From Azolla caroliniana (Eukaryota > Plantae > Polypodiophyta): a stretch of 64,000 nt of DNA. The notes under the pieces were generated by a model. It did no database searches, was not told the DNA's origin, and was given only the letters and a program-made list of their open reading frames with translations. Within the stretch, counting starts at the first letter, position 1, and every line of letters begins with the position of its first letter. A program made the translations under genes and the position numbers. The stretch lies in contig JBHGNT010000012.1 of the NCBI GenBank assembly GCA_043228905.1, forward strand, positions 13,020,001-13,084,000. Reading direction: 5' to 3'. Below, piece after piece: positions 37,830 through 49,763 of the stretch.

Positions 37830-40502
37830 ATGAAGGACACGAGTAAAAAGAATTTATTTGACTCAACGGGGGAAGGAGGATCCAAGTCATCTGTGGCTAC
37901 TACCAAAATCAACAAAGGTAGTACGCAAGAGGAGAAAACGGTTGAGGTGAAATATAAGGATTACCCCGAACTTGAATGGTGTCTCTCTTATGTCGAGGAG
38001 GATGGGGTGCTGTTATTGATAACGGCAAAATCGGACGGGGAAGGGAAACTTCAGCTTGGAAAAACATTTAATTACGGGCATGTAACCAAGCTAGAGTACG
38101 AAGACATTGATTCTACATGTATTTTAATCGACGTCTCGAGCTCAGTTGGCGACAGGCGATTGCGACTTGATGAGGGAAACCTAGTACCCGAATCTTGCAA
38201 TCCCAAGGCTTTGCGTAAAGACCTGCAAACGAAAAATAACTTGTTGGTAGCTCTTCGGCCGTACGTGACAGGAGAGATGATGACCGGTGAAGCAGAAACT
38301 CCACCGAAAAAGTCTAGGAAGACAAATCCTGTTCAAAAGAAATATACTAAACGACCACGACCCGAAGAAGAAGAAGAAGAAATATTAGAGTTCGTGGAAG
38401 AAGAAGACGACCAACAAGTCAACGTCGTGGCTCCAGGCGGACAACTATCTTCTGGTGTCCTGACGTCAGAACAAAATAAAATAAGAGAAAGTATTGTGAA
38501 GGCTAAACTTGTGCGCAGGGGCCAGCTATTTCATTTGCCCATTACTTCTATCCAAAGGCCCCCCATTGACCCCGTGACTGGAAGACGTCCCTTGGAAATT
38601 AGGGAGCCGCACTCCGTCCATGTCCAAAACCTGAAAAGCAAAATGAAAATCAATCCTCACGCTATTGTGGTGCCATTTTTGGTAATGGTTGATCAAGAAC
38701 AATGCCCAACAGTAGCAGATTTCAAGTATAGCTCTGCAGACGATTACACATACTATGAAGCTCGACGACAGCTTGTCAAAGAATATCCTCTCATGCCGTT
38801 CTTCAAATACGCCGAATGTAAGGTATATGCAGGACTAACTCACGAGGAGGCGAAGTTGCTCGCATGGGACCATAACAATGACAACGATTATAGGCAAAAG
38901 ATGTCATGTATAGAGAGGATAAGATTTTTTCATCATGAATACCTCGATGCCTTGAATCGTTTTGGTCCAAGATTGTGGCCTAGATTGCGACGTCAATGTT
39001 TATTGGAAGTAGGGATTGCAGTGGATGAGAGTACGAAATCCGAAGGTCTCTGAAAATATGATTCTTGGTTTCAACTAGCTTTTCGGACCGGAGAGGTGTG
39101 GGATCTCCAAGACAAAATATTCTCTATGTGGGAGCGGAAAGAATTCAAGGGGCAAAGATAAAAAAAGGGAAGAATTGATCCACAAGTTGAGATGAAATCA
39201 AAGACCAAGGGAAAAAGCGACTTGGTAATCGAGGAGTTACCAGAGGACATGAAACTTTTACCTTGGAGATCATTACAAGGTATCAAAGATGATAGATTGT
39301 TAATATCCGTGCTATCTCGAGTGGTCGCCAAGGAATTTAGTTTGGACGAGATGGTAACAGACTTGCAAAAGTAAGTGTTTATAGTATACCTTTTCATGAA
39401 AGTCTTCAATTATTTTGAATATCTTATTTCTAATTTCATATTGATTGTGCAGTCACAAGGTATACATGAAGATTTAGGAGTTGATGATGCAAAAACTGAG
39501 TTTACCGACATGGGAAGAAGTTGAACAAGCCTGCCCGATAACTTCTTCCTACAAGGCATTGGAGGAATATTTTATTGTATTTAGAGAATGGGTATGTGTC
39601 TTTTGAATGTTGATATGTTAGAAAGTAATGTTCCCTGCTAACAACAATGACACTTGCAGAAACCATCAAAATCGAAAAAGAACAACGACAATAATGACGG
39701 TATTCCAGCGGCCTTCATCACGCACTTAGAAAGTGCGAAATATGAGAAGAGAATGACCAAAGGGAAGGAAATGGAACTGCCCGAGGATTCGGAGACTGTA
39801 ATCAGTTTTTTGCATAGGTCTGATCCTTTCAAACAGATTCATTATAGTGTTTTCAATGGCGAAGTATCCCAGATGCTCGAACTGTTACCGAGAAGGCACT
39901 ACACTTTGCTGATAGCTGACATACCATATGGTTTCCGTATTGCGGGATCAACATATGATGATGTGCCTTTCAAGTACCCTCAGATCGAGAAAATGGTAAA
40001 GGATTTCGCAGAACTGACATTGGCCCCCTTGTGGAGGATAGTCATATTTCATAGCATGGGGCAATCACTGTCAGTCACAACAGCTTTGAAGTCCCGTTGT
40101 CATGCCACTGAACACATGCATTGGTGCGTTATAGTTCGCTTTTACTCATTACAGTACTTCTTATTATATGTACACATTTACACCTCTAATACTTGATTTT
40201 CTTTCTCTATAGGATCAAAACAAATATTACACGTAGCCCTGGCGATCGAATGGTTAGTGCGGTCGAACATTTTTGTGCGGGCTACTATGATTCAATTACA
40301 AAGAAGAAGGCTAGAGCACATGTCAATGAGTGTAACGTGGTTAACTACATCATGTGCCCAGCTGTCACCAGAAAATTAAGACATGTGTCAGGGGATAAAA
40401 GTATGTTGAACCCTTATCAAAAACCTCAAAGATTGATCAACCGCCTCATAGAGCTCTTCTCGAATCCAGATGATTGGGTCCTAGACTTGTTCTCTGGCAC
40501 AG
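37830..40502 (+). pseudogene. Spliced ParB-like + beta-class N6A/N4C DNA methyltransferase gene; 3 premature stops, last exon missing
   Basis: Exons ~37830-39370, 39453-39591, 39660-40123 and 40213-40502 join in frame through GT-AG introns; motifs LLIADIPYG, HWIKTN, VEH, PYQKPQRLINRLIELFS, VLDLFSGTG. Confidence 0.82.
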
Positions 40503-40589
40503 GTATAATATATATATTTAATTTCAATCTTGTCTATCAAGTTTAAGATGTTACTTCTTATATATACTTGTTTGTGTATATCATTGATT

Positions 40590-42370
40590 TTATTGCTCGT
40601 AAGGAAGGCAATGGGGTAGTCCTTGGGGATACGTAGGTGCGTATCTTGCTCTATGCAGACGACATAGTTTTGCTCTCTGAATCCGAATACGACCTACAAA
40701 GGCACCTTAATGCCTTAGATGACTTTTGCACACAATGAGGATTGGTAGTGAATCTAGGGAAAACTAAAGTCCCTATCTTCCACACGTCGGCCCAAGTTAG
40801 AGCTAAGTGTCACCTAACTATCTCCCATAGCCCAGTTGAGGTGGTTGGATCATATGTCTATCTCGGAGTCACGTTCAGTGCCCGCTCAGGTAAATTTTCG
40901 ATGACACAAGCAGCGAAGGATAGACTTACAAGAGGACATGCATCCCTCTGACTCCAAGAGACAATGCCACCAAGCATACTTCCAAGAGCCACGAACTAAA
41001 GGGTCCCTCTCTCATGTATGCATTAACGGTTATGTGGACTACCATCTTTCATGTGGACACAATTAGAGAGACCATTGGTGATGATGTTATCACGCCAACT
41101 CCGAAGCAAATCGTTGGTCCCACATGACATTATTAGGGCCGAGTTCACTCTACCTCCTATGTTAGTAGAAGCACTTTTTCAACTTATAGTCTTTATCCAC
41201 AGGATACATAACCAACCACTTGATAGAATATCCCATCAAGCCTTTAAGGCTTCTCGAGCAATGTATGAGTCCAGCTATACTAGCTCATGGTATGGCATGA
41301 TGGTGAGTTGGCTTCTTGCCAACGGTCTAGACATTAATAACCTCCCCCCCCTTAAGTACAACCACACGACTGATAACACTTTAATCTCTCAGGAGGACCG
41401 TAATAAAGTAATACGCCAAGAAATATGGCAAATTTATACTCGGTATAAATGGATCACCCCACTAGAGCCACTCCCATCTAAAATGTCGTACTATAAGGAA
41501 CACTTTATGCACTTCTCTAAGTTAGGTTTTATCACGCGACCAAGATATCTAGATGTATTCTTACCACATGCACTAAGGGTTGCCATTGGTCAATTTAGAA
41601 TATCATCTCACCAACTTGAGATTGAGAATGGACGTACTAATAGAGTCCCTAGGGAGGAAAGGATGTGTAGGTTATGCCACATAGAGATAGAGGATGGGTA
41701 CCATTTTACACGCAAATGCCCCACCTATGTCGAGATAAGGGCAAAATACCAAGAAATACTTGGTTCCTCTCCCACCCTCCCTAAACTATTAGATACACTA
41801 GATATCGAGAAATTAGGTAGATACATCTTAGAATTGAAACAAAACAGAGAGAATAAGTTACAAAACGTTGATAATAATGTCGCTAATGTTTACCAACATG
41901 TAACAAATGAAGTTTTTCAGGAATAGGGGGAGACAATGAATGTCGACACACCTGCACCACTTCGGCTTTTCCTTGATGAAGCAGAAAATCAAAGAAGAAC
42001 CAAACACCCTTGGATGCCGGGTTTCAAAGCAACTCGACGAGATGTAGAAGCAATAAAGAAAATAAGGGAACGTGAACTACACCACCTAGAAGCCATGGCT
42101 AGGGCACTCTATGCATCATGACCATGGGTCACACCCACACCAAAAACTTTTGACCTCCCACTTCTTTTTGGGAGACTTGGGTGGAAATGAGATTAGGCTT
42201 AGTGCAAAGTTTTGTACACTACTAGAACTTTCTTAGCTTAAGCTATTTTCTTTTTATTTTAGTTTTGATGATTGGATAAACACTCATTTTTGTTGTAAAC
42301 CAATTGTCTCATGGGCCAAATTTGGCCTTAGAAGACATTAATATATCTTTCTTTGTTTCTTTCTTTCTCA
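40590..42370 (+). mobile_element. 5'-truncated LINE (RTE-X-like), degenerate
   Basis: LLYADDIVLL, NLGKTKV, YLGV, FRISSHQLEIENGR...CRLC...EDGYHF..KC; ends near a (TTTC)n-like tract. Confidence 0.82.
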
Positions 42371-42556
42371 AGGGGTACTGTGGAGATCTCCATCACAGTT
42401 TAGCTATCACACAAAGAGTCCATGTACAAACCACACTCTCCAACACAGATACAGATAGACACGTAGAGAGGGAGAGAACGAGCGATTAGTGATGAAGCAG
42501 AAGAGTGAGAGAGGGAGGGAGAGAGTGACCTCTTCTCAAGGGAGGTCAGCTGTTCG

Positions 42557-42621
42557 AGCATGCCAAAAGTGTTGTTGGGAGGGGGGTGAAGCCATTCTAG
42601 GCTTCATCCCCCACCCCAACA
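42557..42621 (+). mobile_element. Remnant 3' end of the short-LTR family (internally deleted LTR)
   Basis: AGCATGCCA-AAAG-TGTTG then TTGGGAGGGGGGTGAAGCCATTCTAGGCTT...CCCCAACA, matching 11344-11403. Confidence 0.5.
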
Positions 42622-42625
42622 ACAC

Positions 42626-44306
42626 ACCCGAGGAATATGAAGGTGGCACCATGGAAGGACAACATTTCTAGGTGAAACATGAGTGGGCTGGTGCACACGA
42701 TGATGAAAATGGTAGATAGACATGCGAATGTCATGTGGAATCATGTTCGTAGTAGGAGTTACGATCAACCACTACTATTGCGCACATCATGGTACGGCGA
42801 GACACGACATTGTATGAGGGTGGCTTCAATACAACATTGTGATGGCATCGACGTTTGACGAGTTTTGCGTTGCTCGTGAGAGAGATAGCGATAGATGGAT
42901 AGAGATAGATATAGGTAGGGTGGGAGTGGGTAGTGTGCGTGTGGGCACGCTACCTAATCATGTGTGCGTGAGAAACCGTGCGCGTGGAGTTTCATTTTTC
43001 CTGTGCAGTGAGCGAGCGAGGGCACGCGACCTGATCGTGTGTGTGTGCGTGCGTGCGTGCGTGTTGTGCGTGAGCGTGGGAGAAATATGATTCAGAGGGT
43101 TATGAGAACGTCAAGACACCACAAAGCACACAATTTACGATGTTCAGAAAGTGTATAGTTGAAAAAGTTATGTGCGTTCTTTAAAAGTGGCGAATAAAAG
43201 AGCGTGGGCGAAGATCACATTGTTGGAAAAGGCAAGAGGATGCCACACTTAGAAGTTGTTCCTCCTCACCGGCTTTGTGGTGTCTTGATGTTCTCATAAC
43301 CCTCTCAATCATATTTCTCCCACGCTCGCGCACAACACGCACACACACACGATCAGGTCGCGTGCCCTCCCTTGCTCATTGCACAAGCAAAATGAAACTC
43401 CACGCGCACGATTTCTCACGCACACATGATTAGGTAGCGTGCCCACACGCACAGTACCCACTCCCTCCCTCCCTATATCTATCTCTATCCATCTATCACT
43501 ATCTCTCTCACGAGCAACGCGAAACTCGTCAAACGTCGATGCCATCACAATGTTGTATTGAAGCCACCCTCATACAATACTGTGTCTCGCCATACCGTGA
43601 TGTGCGCAATAGTAGTGGTTGATCATAACTCCTACTACGAACATGATTCCACATGACATTCCCATGTCTATCTACCATTTTAATCATCGTGTGTACCAGC
43701 CCACACATATTTCACCTAGAAATGTTGTCCTTGAATGGTGCCACCTTCATATTCCTCGGATGTTGCAACGTCAACAGCAACGACGGATCTTGTAATCACA
43801 ATGAAAACGCGTGTCGTCGTCCGTATGTTGGTCAGAATGGATTCTAAACTGCCTCCTGGCCACAACCGCCAAAAACGTATTCGTGGAGAGAACCAACACC
43901 CTAAAAACCTTTTCTCACCACCTTATCCTTGTTTTACGAGGCCCATACGCACTCTACAACCTCAATGGCATCACATGTGTAGGTGGCTATCATGAGGTTA
44001 CATACTGTCTACGTTGCAATATGGACAAAGCGTCCATAGGTTAGTGGATTTGAAATGCCCAAGTGTATAATCCCACTCTTGGTGTCATGGAGGTGAGTAT
44101 AGGACTAGTAATATGGTACATCGAAGGAGGAGGGTCCTGGACACATAAAGGGGGGTGGTGAAAAGTGAATGATCTCCTCCGTGGCCCAAGTATGGATCAT
44201 GCCATTAACGTCTATAGGAATGGACGTGGGAAGGGACATGCATGGCCTTGTGTATATACGGGTGGATCAACCATGACACACTCAAATAGGCGGAGAAAGA
44301 ACTGGG
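42626..44306. repeat. Array spacer in both orientations (inversion junction ~43277), followed by the promoter of gene copy 3
   Basis: Arms ~42628-43123 and ~43277-43760 are reverse complements; 44030-44306 is the reverse complement of 9070-9350. Confidence 0.85.
44224..44258 (+). promoter_or_regulatory. ABRE + RY + TATA of gene copy 3, separated from its CDS by an 8.4-kb insertion
   Basis: ACGTGG 44224, CATGCATG 44237, TATATA 44253. Confidence 0.68.
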
Positions 44307-44875
44307 TATTAGAGATCTAGGTACTAAAGTAAGCTGAAGATAAAGATAAACTAATGATAGATAAAAAGGAGAAAGAGAAAGACCGGTGCCGATCCTCCCG
44401 ACCAGCCCGAGCGAAGGGATCGAGATGGACTCGAGCCTCGATCGACGTCCCATACCACCGTCGTGTCGTCGAGTCATACCTGGTGCTGGCGCGCTCGCTA
44501 GAAGAGTTGACCCAGCACAAGAGCAGAGTCTCAATGTAGTCAAAAGACGATCAAATGAGGATGGCTAGGCCTCTTATTTATTGCGATACCCAAGGCCCCT
44601 AGGCAAGTTCACACTTGACCTAATGGGTTGTCTCAATCCTGAGGATTAAAAGTAATCCTCCCCTTTTTGACACTCTCGTTTAACCCTCACACTTATCCAC
44701 GTGTATAGAATACTACGGTAAATTCTCACCACGGGATATTATATGGTCATGCCCGTAACATACTCTCCCTCTTTAAAACATTATACTCTTGCAATGGAAA
44801 GTTAGGGAAGTTAGTTCTTAGAGTATTCTCGCATTCCCATCTAGAATCTTTTATTGATTTATCCATCCATTTTAT

Positions 44876-47800
44876 TGACGGGAACTAAGACGCTCCTTCT
44901 ACACGATGCTCGGCCACAACCGAGCTTAGAATCATACACAAAAAACGGGAAATAATGAACGACACGAAGAGGAGACGAGTACGTAGGATGTTAACGTGGA
45001 AAACCCAAACTAAGGGGGAAAAACCACGGCAGCCCACAGGCTGCAAACTATCACTATGTTAAAATGTACAACTGTGAGTTCACAGAGGCAACGACCTCGT
45101 GCTCACGATCCTCACCACAGGCGGCGGTTACAACAGAGGCGACGACCTCTTTCTCTCTCTCTCTCTCTATACATAGTTACACGCTCTCTCTCTCCTTTCA
45201 TCAACGAGAATGACAACAACAACATAAAAGTTTTCCCTAAGTCATATTTATACTAATACGAATTTTCGGCTATTTACAAATATAGCCACGATGGACTCTC
45301 AGAAACATATTTACAAATATGTCTCTTCATCCGGAGAGCGCTCCTCACCGGGCCTGCATCATCCGGATCTTGCCGGGCACTCATCATCCGGTTCTCACCG
45401 GGTCTGCACCATCCGGCTCTCCGTAGCCGGGTACTCCTCATCTAGTTTCAGCCTCAGCCGAGTTTGTTCATTAGCACTGTTCTTCTCCCTTGTCATCCGG
45501 AGGAACCTGTCTCCCAACAAACTCCCCCTTCACTCCGGCATGGGGTGTCTTACTAGTCCGATCCTCTTCCGGCATGCATCCAGCTTGTCGGGTATCAGAA
45601 CTTTGGTCAGCATATCTGACCCGTTCTCAGCCGTGTGGATCTTCGTTAGTGCGAACTCCTGGTCATCTACTCTTTCCCGGATCCAGTGATATCTTCGTTG
45701 GATATGCTTCGTCCGGGAATGGTAGGTCGTATTCCTAGCAAGATGGATGGCACTTTGACGGTCGTCGCAATATAGCCGGTATTCATCTTGCCGGATACCG
45801 AGCTCTCCGATGAAGTCCTTCATCCATAAGATTTCCTTGCCGGCTTGCACAACTGCCATGTACTCCGCCTCCGTGGTTGACAATGCAACCGTCTTCTGCA
45901 GCCTCAACTGCCACGAAACAGCTCCCCCTGCATATGTCATTACATACCCGGATGTAGACCGGCTGGTGTCCACATCAGCCGACATGTCCGAATCAGTAAA
46001 ACCGTCAAGTTGAGTTTTTCCGGAGCCGAATCGGAGACACATATTTGAGGTGCCCTTCAAGTACCGGAGTATCCATTTCACCGCGTTCCAGTGCTCCTTG
46101 CTGGGATTGCTCATAAACCGGCTCACCACTCCGACTACGTATCCTATATCCGGTCGAGTACACACCATTGCGTACATCAAGCTCCCGACGGCAGAGGCAA
46201 ATGGAATCTTCATCATATCCGCCTTCTCTGCTTTCGTCTTCGGGCTTTGCTTACCGGATAGCCTGCAGTTTGCCGGAAGTGTCGAGCCGACCGTTTTCGC
46301 ATTTGACATGTCGAACCGCTGAAGCACCTTTGTCACATACTTCTCCTGTGACAACCATAATTGCTTCATTGACCGGTTCCGAATAATATGCATCCCCAGC
46401 TCTGTCTTGCCAGACCCAAGTCTTTCATTGAGAAGGTCCGGTTGAGGGCCGACCTTCTTCAGCATCCGTATTTTGGCTTGGTCCCGTCCGACGATCAACA
46501 TGTCGTCCACGTACAGAAGGAGTATCAGGAAGTTGCCTCCTTCGAACTTCTTCACAAACACGCAGTGATCGGCCTGCGTCTTGTGGTACCCTTGATCGGC
46601 CATGACGGAGTCGAACTTCCGGTACCATTGAAGGGGAGCCTGCTTTTGTCCATACAGGCTCTTCTTTAGCCGGCATACCAGGTGCTCCTTCCCTTTCTCC
46701 ACAAATCCCTCCGGTTGCTGCATGTAGATCTCCTCTTCGAGGTCGCCGTGAAGGAATGTTGTCTTCACGTCCAGCTGCTCTACCTCGAGGTCCATGCTTG
46801 CCGCCATACTCAGCACCGTCCGGATGGAGGTCATCTTTACTACCGGGGCAAATATCTTGTCGAAGTCCACGCCCTTCTTCTGCTGGAACCCCTTCACCAC
46901 GATCCTAGCTTTGTATCTCGGGGGGTTACCGGCGTCTCCCGGTTTCAACTTGTACACCCACTTGTTACGGAGTGCCCGCTTTCCTTTCAGCAACTCCACC
47001 AATTCGTACGTATGGTTCTCATGCAGGGAATCCATCTCATCCTGCATGGCACTTAAACATTTGCGGTTGTGGGTGTCATCCTTTGCTTCTTCGAAGCTTT
47101 CCGGCTCCCCCTCATCGGTCAGCAGAACATGCTCTGCATCCGGAAATCTCCGGGGGGGCCTTCTCTCTCTGAGAGGATATCTCCATCTAAGGGTACTGAG
47201 GGTGATCTATTTATCACATATGTCGCCGTCGACAGTGCCTCAGCCCAAAACTTCTTGGGTAGTTTTGCATGCGCTAGCATACTCTGGACTCTCTCCATTA
47301 TAGTCCGGTTCATCCTCTCGGCCAGTCCATTTAGTTCCGGCGTCTTCGGCACGGTAAATTCGAGCCGGATTCCCTTCGAGCGGCAGTACTCCTCGAACTG
47401 CCCTCGGTATTCTCCTCCGTTATCTGCTCGAACCTCCTTTAGCTTCCGTCCGGTTTCTCTTTCCACTCTCACGTGGAGCTCTTTGACGACGGATAGCACC
47501 TGATCCTTTGTCTTCAACGGTGTGGCCCACAACTTCCGACTGTGGTCATCTATGAACGTCACGAGGTACTGCGCTCCGGCATGTGACTTCGTGTCCACTT
47601 GACACACATCCGTATGCACCAACTCTAGTGGTGCATTACATCTCATCGGTGGCCTTGGTCGGAAGGAGGTCTGGTTTTGCTTACCGGCCAGAGAATTAGT
47701 GCACTTCTCCAAGTGCACGTTCTTCACTGGAATGAGGTTGTCGTCTGCAATCTTCTTCATCCCCTTCTCGCTCATATGACACAGCCTATTGCGCCACAGC

Positions 47801-49763
47801 TCACCGGCAGTGTTGGATGCCACGTTCACTTCTTCCGGACATAACCGGGCATTAATCAGGTACAGTGTGTTGAGCTTCCGGACCCGAGCCACAATCAGGC
47901 TCCCTTTGCTGAACTTCATGACACCGTTCCGGATGCTACCCGTGTAGCCTTCATCGTCTAGCCGACCGGCTGATATCAGGTTCAGTCGAACCTTCGGATC
48001 GTGTCGGACATCCTTTAGCAGCAACTTGCATCCGGTTGGTGTTGTCAGCCACACATCTCCTATGCCGACAATTCGGCATGTACCTTCATTCCCCATCCGG
48101 ACACAGCCGTGATCACCGGCTGAGTAGGATGAGAAGCATTTTCGGTCCGAGGTAAGGTGGAACGACGCGCCGGAGTCTACCAGCCAGGTTGTCTCATCGC
48201 CGGCAAGGTTTATCTCACTCTCCTCGGTGATGAGCATCAACTCTTCTTCACTTGCCGCGATTGCCGTCGTTCCCTTCCGGTTCGGCCCCCTCTGGTCTTT
48301 ACCGTTCCGGTCCGGGGTCCGCTTCGAATCGGTATCGTCGGTTTCCTTGTCTTTTCGGAAATGCCGACAGTTCTTTTGGAAGTGTCCCGGCTTGCCGCAA
48401 TAGAAGCAAGTAGGCCTCCCCCTTGACTTTGACCATGTCCCCGACTTCTCCCGGTTCTGGGGACTACGGTTTCTATGTCTTACCGCGTTCTGATTCGGTA
48501 AGGAGCACTTTGGAGTCGGAGCTCGTATCTTTATCCTTCCGACGCGCCTCCTGATCTAGCAAGCTCGATTTTACTCTTGCTAGGGATAACCGTTTTCCTT
48601 CCGGCTCGGCGTTGCCCAAAGTGACAACCAACGTCTCCCAGCTATTCGGGAGGGAATCGAGCAGGAGTAGCGCTAGTACCTCATCGGCGAGAGGTACTTC
48701 CAATGAAGTTGCCTGGTGAATTAGCCCTTGGAAGGCATTCATGTGCTCCGCCATGCTGGAGCCATCTTGGTACCGGAGTCTTACTAGCTTCCGGAATACC
48801 GAAACCTGATTGACAACATTTTTGTTTTGAAACATTATGTTGATCTTCTCCCAGAGCTCATGAGCCTTGCTCTCTTCATTGAAGTTGTTGTACAGGCTCA
48901 TGTCGATGAAGCACCGTATGTACGTCGTTGTCTTCATGTGCATCACCTCCCATATCGCGGCGTCGATTTTGTCCGGTCTCTTGTCCCCGAACTGAACCGG
49001 CAGCTAGAGGTCTTTAACCACGACCATGTCCCTCATCTTCGACTTCCACACTGAATAGTTGGAGCCGGTGAGCTCGAACATGCCGCCAAATGATTCGTCC
49101 ATTTTCTGTGTCGTTTCGCTCTGATACCACTTGACGGGAACTAAGACTCTCCTTCTACACGACGCTCAACCACAACCGAGCTTAGAATCATACACAGAAA
49201 ATGGGAAATAATGAACGACACGAAGAAGAGACGAGTACGCAGGATGTTTACATGGAAAACCCAAACTAAGGGGGAAAAACCATGGCAACCCACAGGCTGC
49301 AAACTATCACTATGTTAAAATGTACAACTGTGAGTTCACGGAGGCAACGACGTCGTGCTCACGATCCTCGCCACAGGCGGTGGACGACCTCTTTCTCTCT
49401 CTCTCTCTCTGTACACAGTTACACGCTCTCTCTCTCTCCTTTCACCAACGAGAATGACAACAACAACATAAAAGTTTGCCCTAAGTCATATTTATACTAA
49501 TATGACTTTTCGGCTATTTACAAATATAGCCACGATGGACTCTCAGAAACATATTTACAAATATGTCTCTTCATCCAGAGAGCGCTCCTCACTAGGCCTG
49601 CATCATCCGGATCTTGCCGGGCATTTGTCATCCGGTTCTCACCAGGTCTGCACCATCCGGCTCTCCGTAGCCGGGTACTCCTCATCCGGTTTCGTCCTCC
49701 GCCGAGTTTGTTCATCAGCACTGTTCTTCTCCCTTACCATCCGGAGGGACCTGTCTCCCAACA
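44876..49763 (-). mobile_element. Ty1/copia element with both LTRs
   Basis: LTRs 44876-45519 and 49132-49763; TSD TTTAT; Met PBS 49118-49129; PPT 45520-45531. Confidence 0.96.
45530..49102 (-). pseudogene. Copia gag-pol with frameshifts and a deletion near 47170
   Basis: Gag UBN2-like segment, CFYCGKPGH knuckle, WLVDSGAS, ADNGGEY, YVDDML, RNase H; the integrase C-terminal part is missing. Confidence 0.9.

Larger units (their letters stand above)
24630..40590. mobile_element. Putative Sola1-like DNA transposon carrying a transposase and a ParB-methyltransferase gene; boundaries approximate
   Basis: Starts where family A homology stops; two divergent genes; right part cut by a LINE, so no TIR or TSD could be identified. 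Confidence 0.6.

Noticed and set aside
37788-40546. Bacterial contamination or a restriction-modification operon
   Set aside because: Three frame-preserving spliceosomal introns, plant TEs on both sides, and no restriction enzyme gene.
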